Of a DNA stretch of 64,000 bases, positions 13,198 through 24,922 are shown piece after piece. The stretch is from Guillardia theta CCMP2712 (lineage: Eukaryota > Protista > Cryptophyta), in NCBI RefSeq assembly GCF_000315625.1, contig NW_005434590.1:275950-339949 (forward strand). Direction: 5' to 3'. A program made the position numbers and the translations under genes. The notes beneath the pieces are model-generated. The model saw only the letters and a list, made by a program, of their open reading frames with translations, was not told the DNA's origin and made no database searches. Position 1 is the stretch's first letter. Each line of letters starts with the position of its first letter.

Positions 13198-13770
13198 TGT
13201 CAGAGCTCATAGGGACCGAGCCCGAGTCAGACAAAGGCCTATCAGGATGAAAGGACAGTTGGCTGTCTCGTACTCGTGTTTGAAGCTGACTTCTCCTGGA
13301 TGACCCAGGATACTCTACTCCAGTGTGAAGCTGCTGAAAGGACCCCTGTGGAGGCCTTTGTTGCAGCTACCGTGTACCCGTGGGGGACTTACAAGGTAAA
13401 CAGAAGGGGTGCGTCTTGTGGAGTACGACCCGTTGGAAGCAGCTTGCTGCCATGCAAGGACGGGGTTCTCTTCCCTGCGAGAGAGCATGGTATCCTCTCG
13501 AAGGTCAGAAGGGATGCTTGTCAACTTCTTGAAGGACAGGACACCCCTCCTTTCTGTAGCCAAGAGACGGCACCCCTGGCTCATTCCTCGAAGCTATAAA
13601 AGGATGAAACTCGTCAGAGCTAGGTGGTCCTCTTCCCCTTTCGTGTGTGTCCACGATTGTGTGTGTGTGTGAAAGAAATAAAAGAGAGTTAGATCTCCTT
13701 CTGTTTCACCGCTTTCCCTCTTAGTAGAGAAATCCAACGTGAGTTCTTATTGAACTGCGCTTGAAGGTCC
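13198..13770 (+). repeat. 5' LTR (lacks the terminal ~25 bp present in the 3' LTR)
   Basis: Matches 18938-19508 except for one small difference (tcaacttcttgaagg vs tcaacttccaagg). Confidence 0.95.
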
Positions 13771-13856
13771 GTGATCGGTGATAGAGCTCGAGTCTTCTCT
13801 CTTCCCCTCCCTTTCTCCACTGTTCTTCTGCTTCTTCCTACGCTTACGTCGCGTAG

Positions 13857-15656
13857 ATGTCCGGATACAATACTCGACTCGCAGCTCGCATGCTGGACGA
13901 GAATGCTACGGATACTTTGGAACATGACTGGCAATCTGCTGCCGGCATTGACGACGATCTTCGTCCCGAATCGACCGAGGATCGGTCGCTCCAAAACATG
14001 TCTGCCGCGCTGCTGGAGGTTCAGCAGCGGTTGAACGCTCTCGAAGCTCCTGCTTCTTCTGAGGCGGTCCCGCCCGCCGCTCTCAAGCCTGGACCGCCCC
14101 CCATCTCCTCGCGTGACGGTCCTCAGCTGGTCTCTCTGGCTGATCAGCAATTGCTTGCTAAGTTGCGCAATCTCCCCAAGTTGGATACTGCCCGCCAAAC
14201 TAGCGCCAACAATGTCTTGACATGGGTTCAAACCATTCAGTACTCCTTTGCAGTGTATGGTATTCCCCGAGCTAATTGGGTTGTCCATACCCTCGATTTA
14301 CTGGATGCTCCAGTCCGCCAACACTTCGTGGCCAAGTACCCGCCAGAGACCTTTCGCCGCATGGAGTGGGACACATTTTCGGAGGAAATTCGTGAAAAAT
14401 TCCTGCCTCCTCACCTGCTGTCGAACCTCATTCACCAACTCGACAATTTGAAATCAAGACCGTCAGGAATCTCTTGCTTCGTATGCTGCCCGAACCCTGA
14501 CATTAATCGAGCAACTTCAGCTCCTTCCGGATGGTAAATTATTTGCGACGTCCTCGCTGGTCTGCAGACGTTTCATTAACGGCATACGATCGCATATGAC
14601 TGCCTTACTCTTGAATCAGTGGGCAAGATCGACAATCAGACCAGAACCAAAGACCATTCGACGGGAGCAGATCACCACCGGCAGCTCTACTCCATGCAGG
14701 TGGGCAATCGCTCCTCTCCTTCCAATGATCGCAAGAGTCGTCCTTCTGGCAAGGCTTCGGCCTTCAAAGAGCGCCGTGCTGCTCGGCAGGACGCCAGGAG
14801 TGCGGGAGACTCCTCGTCCCCAAACACATCGACCAATGCCATCCGTTGTTACAACTGTGGCAAACTCGGACATCGATCGTCCGAGTGTCGTCGTACCCGC
14901 CGCAGTCAGAGTCCTGAACGTGAGCAGTCGTCCGACTCCTCCTCTCCGCCTCTGCTTGGCGCTGTTCAGACTTCCGACGACCGCAAGGCTGCTCCGTCCG
15001 TTGCAGCTAACAAGATTGCTGCTCGCTCAAAGACGCCTAAGCGCCGTCCTCAGGTGCATTTTGCTGAAGAACTGGGAGATGAAGTGCCTCTGGACGGTGA
15101 CGCTCTCGAGGTACACTTGCATCCGATTGCACTCCATGGATCGCTTCTCTATCTGCCCATTGTACCACTCACCTCTCCGGTGCCAGCTGCTACTTCCGAG
15201 ATCCTGGCTTTGCTTGACTCGGGTGCTGAGATCAGTGTGATCTCGCGTCAGGTTGCGCGACAGCTCCAATTGACCACACAGCGTATTCCCGCCACGCTCA
15301 CCGCTCAGTTCGCTCATGGCGACGCCAAGGTCGTGCTTCGTGAAACCTGTCTCCTGCCGTTTCGCATTGCAGGCACCAATGTTGAAACGCAAGAAACGTT
15401 CTTCATTTTGGACCCTCCAGCATCACTGCCGGCGATCTTGTCCCAACCGTTCATTGCCAAGATGAAAATGAATATCGACTTTCATTCCAAGCTCATTACT
15501 ATTCCAGCGCAGGATGGTACTGCGGGGCGTCAACGCCTTCCGCTCGCATTTCACATCCCTGGTCCTGGCTCCGCGGCTATGCGGCAAGCCCAGTGTTTGA
15601 TCTTTCCCTGGCATGCGGACTGGAACTCGGAACACGCTTCAGCCTCCTCCACCTGA
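13857..15656 (+). pseudogene. gag: Gypsy gag + aspartic protease, frame-disrupted
   Basis: ORFs 13857-14537 (capsid-like) and 14619-15656 with CCHC knuckle CYNCGKLGHRSSEC and protease ALLDSGA. Confidence 0.9.
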
Positions 15657-18600
15657 GGATATGATGCCCTGGGTCATGGCGAACGTGTCCTCGCCTGTTT
15701 CTACCAGTTCGTTGGTCTCTCAGGTCGCCTCGTCGGACTCGCCGCTCGCAGCTCAGGCCTTGCAGGAGCTACTCGAGGATTTTTCCGATGTTCTGGTAGA
15801 CGAACTACCAATCCAGCCACCTGTCTCGCGGGGGCAGTATGACGTTGTCCTTCGGGTTCCTGATGACGTTCGTCCAATTCGTCGTCGTCCCTACCGACTT
15901 CCTGCGACGCTCCAGGAGGAGCTCGCTAAAACGATCGACTTCTTGTTGGCACGTGGCATCATTGAACGGAACAATGATGTCATGTGGCAGAGTCCCGTCA
16001 TCTTTGTTCGCAAAGGTCTTTCCTCTGAAGGAGTCCCTCAATTTCGTTTTTGTATTGATTATCGAGGAGTCAACAATCACCTCCTCGACGACAGTTTTCC
16101 GCCTCCCGTCCCTACCGAGCTCATGGAACGGATCGGGCGGGTGCTCTCGCAGCGTACTGAGTCCAGTACGGATACCCTCTACTTCAGCAAGCTGGATATG
16201 GCCTCGGGATTCTGGCAGCTGGCTCTCACTCCTGACAGCTCTCAATATACTGGGTTTGTTACTGAACAAGGATCCTACCAATTCCGCGCTCTGCCCTTTG
16301 GTCTGAAAACGGCCACAGCTGCCTTCCCTGAGAAGTTCTCACAGGGCATCCTCGGTATGGCCAATGTCTTAGTCTACGTCGATGATGTCTTACTCTTCTC
16401 CATGGGTAATCCTCGTTCACACCTACAGCAGGTGCGTCTCCTACTGGAGCGCCTCCGCCACTGACCACCAGGTCTTCGTTAAACGAAGCAAGTGTGTGTT
16501 TCTTCAGACGCAGATCAGTTTTCTCGGATACACTTTGAATGCGCATGGGATTGCACCCGAAGCTAGCAAGGTTGCTGCCATCGAAGATTTTCCGCCTCCT
16601 GCATCTGTGAAACAACTTCGCCAGTTTTTGGGCCTCGCCAATTTTTATCGGCGTTTCATCAAGAATTTTGCCAACTATGCTGCACCTCTCTCAGATCTGC
16701 TGAAAACCAGTCAACGTCGCTTCGTGTGGACTCGGTCTGCTGAGACTGCTTTTGCCGCGCTCAAGACAGCTCTTACGCAGGCTCCAGTCTTGGCTCACTT
16801 CCGTTCTGATCGGCTGACCATCCTGTACACAGACGCTAGCGACCTGGCCATTGGAGCCGCGCTTCATCAGATCGATGAAAACAACGAGGAACATCCCGTT
16901 GCATTCTATGGCAAGAAACTCTCCTCCGCCGAACGCAATTACTCCACCTATGAGCGTGAGCTTCTTGCTCTCAAGGAAAGTCTCCGTCATTTTTCCTACT
17001 ACTTGATTGGTCGTCGCTTTCGTGTATGTACCGATCACCACAGCTTGATCAGATTGAACACCCAGTCTGAACTCTCTCCCCGCCTGGCTCGTTGGTTGTC
17101 TACCTTCCTTCAGTACGACATGGAGATCCACCACATCCCTGGCGAAACTAACGTCGTTGCTGATGCCCTCAGTCGGATCTCAGGCGACTCGCCTGCTCCA
17201 TCGTTCGCTCCCCAATCACCCGCTGATCTGACTCAGGCTCATGATCGCGCTATGCGCGCTGAAGACATTGCTCGGGATCTTCTTGTTGGTCTTCATACCG
17301 TTCAGATGCTTACGGATTCCTCGTTCGTCTCCCAACTGATGCAGAACTACTCCACCTGTCCTGATTTTCAGGTTTTATACCAATTGGGCAAAGACGGTGA
17401 ATTGCTCGGCCAACCGGGTTGTCGTCATTTTGAATTTTCGGATGACTTGCTCTACTATGTTGACTCTACCGGCAGGACGAGGATCTGTGTTCCTACCGCT
17501 ATCCGCGCTGCTGTACTACGCCTAGCGCATGATGATGCCGGCCATGTTGGTTCTGACAAGACCTACCTCTCACTTGTTGCCAAAGTCTACTGGAATAACA
17601 TGAAGCGTGACGTCGAAAATTACGTGCATTCCTGCCTCATTTGCCAGGCTGCGAAGAACTACAAACAGAAACCCATCGGTTTGCCCAAGAGTCATGACGT
17701 TCCTGCTGACAAATTTGACGTCATCTCCGTCGATCTACTCAGCGGACTTCCGACTACCTCCCAAGGTCATGATTCTCTTTTCGTCATGTTGGACTCGTTC
17801 TCGCAACATGTCACGCTGGCTCCAACTCACAAGTCTGCTACGACCCAGGAACTTGTGGATTTATTTCTCAGTCCAATACTTCTATCGCACTCGTGGTCTT
17901 CCTGCTGCGATCCTTTCGGATAATGGGCCAAATGTCTCCTCGCATTTTTGGGATACAGTATTTCAGACGCTAGGCGTTCAGGTACGCCACTCTTCCAAGT
18001 ACTATCCCCAGGCCAATGGTCGCGTTGAACGGATCAATGCAACCATTCTGGATATGCTCCGCACTAAACTTGCTCAGGGTTCATCTGAATGGACAGCCCA
18101 TCTTCCCTTCATTGAGTTTGCCCTCAATCATGCCCCCCGTCGTGAAACAGGGTTATCTGCCTTTCAAGTGGAATACGGCAAGAATCCACGCTCAGTTATG
18201 GACTTGACCCTTGATCAGGTTCTTCCTCAAGCCCGCACGACTGTCGACAACATACGTGCAGGTGAAAACCTTGTTCGAGATACCTTGGCCTCGCTCGCCA
18301 ATCGAGCAGAGACGCGTCTACTTCCTTCTCGCCGCCCGCTTCGCTGGCAAGTTGGTGATTTGGTCTGGATCGACGCGCGTTTATTCAATCAGCAGTTTGA
18401 AATTCGCAAATTTCGAGATCGATACATTGGTCCTTTCCCCATCACCGAGGTTTGCACCAACAACAATTATCGAGTTGATGTTCGCCAGCGCTTCCCTCGC
18501 ATGGATCAAGATGTTTTTAATGCCAAGTTCCTACGCCCCCATGTGCGCAGGAAAGATCATTTGCAACAGCCTGTGGTTTCCCAACCTGTCCCTGGATTCT

Positions 18601-18827
18601 ACGAAGTGGCCCGCATCATCAATCATCGTCAACGTAATGGTGCGAAGCAATATCTGGTTCGTTGGAAGGGATTTTCCTCCGCCGACGACACATGGGCACC
18701 TGTTGCCCATCTCTCGCGTACACCGGCGCTCCGTCAGTTGCTTCAGAAATATGAACAGCATCGCACGCGTCAAGATGCTTCTGCTTCTTCTCATGGGCAG
18801 CGGCAGCGTCGTGCGCCTCTCAATTAG
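15613..18827 (+). pseudogene. pol: Gypsy pol (RT, RNase H, integrase, chromodomain) in three frameshifted pieces
   Basis: RFCIDYRGVN, FSKLDMASGFWQ, YVDDVLL, YTDASD, ADALSR, H-H-C-C zinc motif, SDNG, NGRVERIN, YEVARIINHR...YLVRWKGF...DDTW. Confidence 0.95.
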
Positions 18828-18937
18828 GATTTTTACTTGCTGCGCCTGGAGCGTGTCAGAGGAAAAACAGATTTGACAAGCTGAGAAAGCGAAGTTTTCT
18901 GAGTCCTGAGCACTCCAAGAAAGCGCAGAGAAGAGCG

Positions 18938-19533
18938 TGTCAGAGCTCATAGGGACCGAGCCCGAGTCAGACAAAGGCCTATCAGGATGAAAGGACAGTT
19001 GGCTGTCTCGTACTCGTGTTTGAAGCTGACTTCTCCTGGATGACCCAGGATACTCTACTCCAGTGTGAAGCTGCTGAAAGGACCCCTGTGGAGGCCTTTG
19101 TTGCAGCTACCGTGTACCCGTGGGGGACTTACAAGGTAAACAGAAGGGGTGCGTCTTGTGGAGTACGACCCGTTGGAAGCAGCTTGCTGCCATGCAAGGA
19201 CGGGGTTCTCTTCCCTGCGAGAGAGCATGGTATCCTCTCGAAGGTCAGAAGGGATGCTTGTCAACTTCCAAGGACAGGACACCCCTCCTTTCTGTAGCCA
19301 AGAGACGGCACCCCTGGCTCATTCCTCGAAGCTATAAAAGGATGAAACTCGTCAGAGCTAGGTGGTCCTCTTCCCCTTTCGTGTGTGTCCACGATTGTGT
19401 GTGTGTGTGAAAGAAATAAAAGAGAGTTAGATCTCCTTCTGTTTCACCGCTTTCCCTCTTAGTAGAGAAATCCAACGTGAGTTCTTATTGAACTGCGCTT
19501 GAAGGTCCACTCGAGAATCTTCGAGGTGTGACA
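18938..19533 (+). repeat. 3' LTR (596 bp)
   Basis: tgtcagagct...gtgtgaca; TATAAAA and AATAAA inside. Confidence 0.95.
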
Positions 19534-19787
19534 ACAAGCAGAAAAAAAATATCACATTTACTATGTGTTATGTAGGTTAACTATCAAACACACAACAAAC
19601 CAAAATAATTGCTTCACACAAATCCTCATATCATGCTCGCCGATGACAGATTCGTCATTGATACCCCTCGTCGCAGTACCCCCCTCCCCCTCGTCTCCTG
19701 ACGACTTTCGGGAGGTAGGATCCGAACCGATGCCAGTTAGAACTACACACGTCGATCAGCTAGCAGCCATTTCCTACATGCGTCCAA

Positions 19788-20753
19788 CTAGAAGATGACA
19801 ATCGGGTGAATCTCCAACAACACACCGTTGTATCTTGGACGGAGAGAGAGTACCTGAAAGCAGTGGAGTGGGACGTTTTCTATCAGCGTGTAGCATGCAT
19901 GCTGGAGGAGGATGAAAGTGCGGCGAGCATGGGCTTGAAGACATGGAAGAAGAACAGGTCTAGACGAGAGAAGATCAAGCTGAAATACTACCTGGCTGGC
20001 GGCTCATGTCGGTTCATGTTCGAGACGCCCGCATCATTGGTGAAAGAGAGGCTGGATGAAGCTTTGAGTTTCTGTTCAAACCTAGAAGTCGTCTTCAGTG
20101 GCATCGTGGGCGACTCATCACCGCAGGCGGTAAACCACTTGATTGCGTGCTTCAAGTACAACGGGGAATCGAACTGGATGCCTGTGAGCAAGTATGTCGC
20201 GACGAAGCTTGCAGAAGCGGCAGAACTAGACACGCTGAAGAGGCTGTTCTCAAAGTACGGGGCAAGCAATCCGACTACAAGGGGCCATCTTTTCGAGCTT
20301 TTCTCTTTCAAGAAGATAGAGTGCGGGCTGAGCCTGAGGTATCGGGGATCTCAAGAGGTCAGGCAATGGGAGGGATGTCCAGTCATCACCTTTGATGCAA
20401 AGGGAGGCATGCAAACGCTTCCTGCAGAGAGAACTTGCTTGAAGCCCGTCAACCCCCTTCAAGGAGGCTACGACGCTATCATAGTAGAGCCTCGCGGGAA
20501 GTTAGTAGAGTTTGTGCAGGTGACAGAGGCAGACGTCCACTCTTTCAAGCTGGCTTTCTTCGCAGAGGCTCTCACGGGGCTAGGCATCCCAGCAGCTGGA
20601 TGGAAGGTGAGGGTGGTGTTCATGGTGCCGCAAGACAGGCTCGAGAGCTTTCGGATAGGCAAAATCAAGGGCTGCGGTGCGCTGGAGAAGTACGGATGGA
20701 AGGGAGGGCAGGAAGAAAGGCAGGCAGAGGTAGCGGGTATGGATATCGCGTGA
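19788..20753 (+). pseudogene. 5'-truncated copy of the Crinkler/RHS-type NTPase-nuclease gene
   Basis: Near-identical to the C-terminal half of 48589-50481; lacks Walker A/B; preceded by an inverted 36-bp piece of the same gene. Confidence 0.9.
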
Positions 20754-20824
20754 GCTCAAACCGGCGTTAGCAAGGATGAGCCGGGGAGGCGTGTGGTAGG
20801 CGAGGCAAAGATCCGACAAGAAGC

Positions 20825-21400
20825 ATAAGAATGGTAAGGAGAAGGAACAATGTTTTTTAAACATTCAACTGCCAGCTATGTTGGGTGTTGAATAACTTTA
20901 TTCGGGTGGTGCCGTTGACCCGCGGTCACCTCTAAAAACAGCCTGTTAGGATGTGATTGCTTTGAAAGCAATCTCTAATGTTTTCATTTCGAGGTGTATG
21001 CAAAGAGCACACCTCACAAAACAGCCTGTTAGGATGCGGTTCATTTAGGGTGAATAGCATGATCCACAGGGAGATCGTCAGAAAGGATATGAGAAGGGAT
21101 TAATGCTCTGTGTGCTAGCGCACACCGCCAGCGCTAGCGCGCTTGGCTATGCCACGAGCGACACTGGTGGCATCCAACGATGGTCATTGACACTACGAGA
21201 GGCACAGGTAGCCTCCAACGAGGATCAGAGACGCTCCATCTCCCCCTGAGCAGGATTCCTCTCCATCTCCCCTAATTGTTCAGATTGGTCACGAAGAAGT
21301 ACCCAGGGTACTTGGTCAGCATCCCACGTGACCAGTTCTGACATTTTTCCCTATATTTGGCATAGGTGGTCATATACGTCATATACACTTTACCGCATGC
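20825..21400 (+). repeat. Left outer direct-repeat segment X
   Basis: Start (ataagaatggtaaggagaa), internal aacagcctgttaggatgtg and the last ~205 bp are shared in direct orientation with 46401-47231. Confidence 0.88.
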
Positions 21401-21979
21401 GGCTTTTTGCTATCTAATGAGGGTCGGAGGTAAGCCCTGCGCAGCTGGGCGGTGTGCGCAGCACACAGAGCAAGGGATCCTTTGTCAGTCATCACATAGC
21501 AACCCTCCACACAATCACAAACCCTCCACAAACCCTACACAAACCCTACACACAGCCTCTCCCTTACCATTATCATCTTACTTTCTATCTATAATCTAGT
21601 CTAAATATATGTATTGTGTAGGGTGTGTAGGGTGTGTAGGGTTTGTGATGAGTTCATCAAAATAAAAATAATTTCAAAGGGGGTAACTCAAATCAAACCC
21701 TACACCCTACACACTCTCCACACTCTCCACTAACTAGTCTTCTATGTACTAGATGATGATCATGGATGTTGGCGGAGGCGCGGAGGCGCTACCCCAAACT
21801 TTTCTACATCCTTTAATCCAACCCCTCCTCGCCATATGAAATAGTTTGGGGTAACGCCTCCGCGCCTCCGCAGCCCCTCCTACCCCAACTATCACAAAGA
21901 TTCCTTAATAATTTTTCATAAATCTCTCTTACATCACATCAGGTATTCAATAGAGTATTTATTCATTCTCTCTATCTTC
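21401..21979 (+). repeat. Left long inverted repeat (~580 bp)
   Basis: Imperfect reverse complement of 45827-46398. Confidence 0.92.
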
Positions 21980-22554
21980 TCTCTATCTTCTCTCTATCTT
22001 CTCAATCGCTATCTCCATCAATGGGAACAGGGGAACATCTGGTAATTTAAGCGGAGCACCGGTAACTTACGGGAAACTAGGGGTGGTAACTTATCTGGAA
22101 CTGGGGGTGGGGTAGGTGGTAACCTATCTGAAGTGTGGGGGGTGGGGTCATATAAATACCCCCAAGCAACAGTAATAATTCCTTTGGTGGTCAGCACACT
22201 TAGAAAAGTGCTCTCTGATAATATCGTGAGATCGATTCCTACTGATTCCTGCTCTATGACCTGATGAACTGGCGGGCACCCAGTGATTCGGGAAGTGGAG
22301 TCGGATGATGGGGGGGCCGGTTGTCCAAAGCTTGACGTCCCGATGCTCACTGGCTTGTCAGTGGGGTGCCCCGTCGGGTCTGATGGTGATGGCGATCGGT
22401 CTGACCACCAAAGGCCCGAGTAGTACTCTGAACCAGCCGCAACCATACCCGTTAGCCTAAGCCGTATTCAAAATAAAAACCGGGCAATTTTGCTCGAATT
22501 ATCAAAAAAATGATGACCATCGGGCAAAAAAGCTCAAGCGCTAAATGGTACTAA

Positions 22555-23025
22555 ATGATAGAGATTAATCAACAAGTCTTAAAATGCCCCTCCACCAACA
22601 CGGACATAAATGAGATCATCTCACACATCTATTGGGAAATCAAAGAAACCTACGACGAGGTCTTCATCGATGATATTGATGATGAAGATGAGATTGAGCA
22701 ACATAAGCGTATCATAGAGAGGGATGACCAAGACCTTGACTATGAAATCCATATGGCCATTGATAACTATGTTATTGATGAGCTTGATGACAAACGCTAT
22801 GCTATCATAACACAAGGCCGTGAGCCTCTGCTTGTATTGATGGAGTACATTGAGGAGTACGGCCAACCAAACTTGGATGATGCCCTCCTTAAAGCTGAAA
22901 GACTAAGAGGCATTGTTTCTTATCAGATCATATACGAGCAAATCCAAGCCTTGTTTTGTCAAGAAACCATAACAATTGAGATATCATCTATGATGGAGCT
23001 CATAGATATCTTAGATAAGGATTAA
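22555..23025 (+). CDS. PLV hypothetical acidic protein (156 aa)
   Basis: ATG ORF with partial promoter motif aaaaaaatgatg at ~22504. Confidence 0.65.
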   Translation: MIEINQQVLKCPSTNTDINEIISHIYWEIKETYDEVFIDDIDDEDEIEQHKRIIERDDQDLDYEIHMAIDNYVIDELDDKRYAIITQGREPLLVLMEYIEEYGQPNLDDALLKAERLRGIVSYQIIYEQIQALFCQETITIEISSMMELIDILDKD

Positions 23026-23069
23026 ACTGACAAGAAGAATAATATGTATCTATATTTTAATATTGCTCA

Positions 23070-23084
23070 AAAAAATGATATAAA
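23070..23084 (+). promoter_or_regulatory. PLV promoter motif AAAAAATGATATAAA (also 28562-28576, 28884-28898, 29209-29223 on +; 47008-47022 on -)
   Basis: Five exact 15-mers, each about 23-60 nt upstream of an ATG on the same strand. Confidence 0.8.
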
Positions 23085-23995
23085 GGATTGGCATATATAA
23101 CCATCAAACCAAAAAGAATAAATATCTAAGCCTATATCAAATAGATGGCACGCGAACGAAAAGCTCCTGAGTTGTTCAAACCAACCAACTTCAAGGCTAC
23201 GGCCAAAAAGGCTCCGGCACGGAAGGCTCCAATCCAGCCTACAAATGTCGTTCGACCAGTTCGACCTATTACTGTTCAACGAGCATCGCCAGCCGATGTC
23301 CCAGTCTTGGCTGCCATCCCTATCGACGAGCCAGTTCGACCATCCAGGAAGCCTGTTGCTAAGGAACCGCCAACCGTGGCTGCTGCTTCATCATACTCTA
23401 AGAAATATAGGCATCCAAAGGACTACAAGGATCTTAAAATGGTCAATGACCAGATCACAAGAGATATGAATCTAGCTGTTCATAATGTTGTATTCAAGAG
23501 ATATAAAGATGATGAACTCGACTTCACAATCTATGACAAGGCTTTGAAACTACAAACATCTCTTAGCCCATTCAATGGCCCAAACTCCTGGACGAGCAAG
23601 GTTTGCGGTCTCGACTACAAACCATCACAATATGACAGCCTACCATATCTTAACAGGCCTACACTTGCCGAGATCAAGGACAATGTCTATGTTGGCGAGA
23701 AATTGAGTGATTCCAAGACCGCATCTAATCTCAACACTATCATTAAGACAACGACTGCCCAAGTTGACCCCAATGATCTAACAACCGTCTTGAAGCACCA
23801 CAGACAGATCATCTTGGAGATGCTCCTTTATGCTCAGGAAAACAAGAGGTCACCAAGCACATACTGGGACTATATAAGGGCCTTGACAAGGCTTGCGAGG
23901 ATCTGCCTCGGTGATGATAACGAGCTTTATAAGAAGCTGGCTAAGCTCGGAGATGACTTTGACAAGGCTGTCATCAAGAACATTGAGACAAAGAA

Positions 23996-24922
23996 TGTTG
24001 AAGTTCCCAGTAACCTTCTCTCCACAGACGGTGACACAGTCACAGTAGCAGTGACACTCGAAGTAGACAGTGATAGCACCGACTGCAAGTTTCTGTAGCA
24101 GTGGTAATAGATATCACGAATGGCCGCGCAGGAATGATATCAGGATACAGAGAACAAACGGAGGTGATAAGAGATTGGTATAGATGGTCAAGCTTGTTTA
24201 CTTCAAGCAATCCAGTCTCACAGAGACCATACACCTCGTTCTCCTTTCCCTGTCCTGCCAATGCGTGCGGCGCTTCTTCCTCTTCCTCGGTCCCTAAAAT
24301 AGGGGCTGCCCGGTCCTAGGAACTACCACTACCGGTACTCTACGCTTCTTATCTGCGATATGATTCTTCGACCGGTCCGAGGCCTGGTTCCGTACCTTGA
24401 GGGTCCCCTGAGAAAGAGTCATAGGCTTGACATGACGAGGTTTTCGATTCTCATCCAACGCTCTCTGTGAAGTTGATGTAGCTGCTCCCTTGACCTTGAC
24501 AGGTCCTGTGTCTCCGTAGGAGCATGCTTGGAGGTGGTCTCGTGCATTCCTTGTATGTCCTCCGCTAAGATGATCATGATAGTACTGTCTTCTTTGATCA
24601 GACCCCTTGTTCTCCCATGTCCATGACTTCAGGGGTGATACTTCCAATCTCCCCTTGAGCGTAGCCGTATTCTGCCACCGTGACGGTGTCATCTGCTGTC
24701 CTGTCGTGGACTGATATAAGCTGACTCGCTTATCTCCTGCTGCCATCCACGAGTCCTAAGTTCTTGCTGTCTTCTTCATGATTCTCCTACGTCGTCCTTA
24801 TTGTAGCTGTTGCTGTCCTCTCCAGGGATGCATTCCGAGGCTCTAAGCATCTGTGCACTTGAGCCACGTCGATTACTTGGCATTGTCTGAGGTGAAGCTT
24901 CCTCCTATCAGGTGCTTCAACA
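23996..24922 (-). repeat. 3' LTR of the Copia-derived element
   Basis: No differences seen from 26601-27527; the spurious ORF translations are identical. Confidence 0.95.

Larger units (their letters stand above)
13198..19533 (+). mobile_element. Ty3/Gypsy LTR retrotransposon with chromodomain (chromovirus type)
   Basis: TG...CA termini, 5-bp TSD ACAAG (13193-13197, 19534-19538), purine-rich tract before 18938, domain order gag-PR-RT-RH-IN-chromodomain. Confidence 0.97.

Noticed and set aside
19752-20824. LINE-mediated retrocopy with twin-priming 5' inversion
   Set aside because: No poly(A) or TSD; the sequence continues into the array spacer and next unit after the PLV.
21500-21730. Telomeric repeats
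   Set aside because: The ACCCTACAC units are few, irregularly spaced, in both orientations and internal; better read as binding-site iterons.
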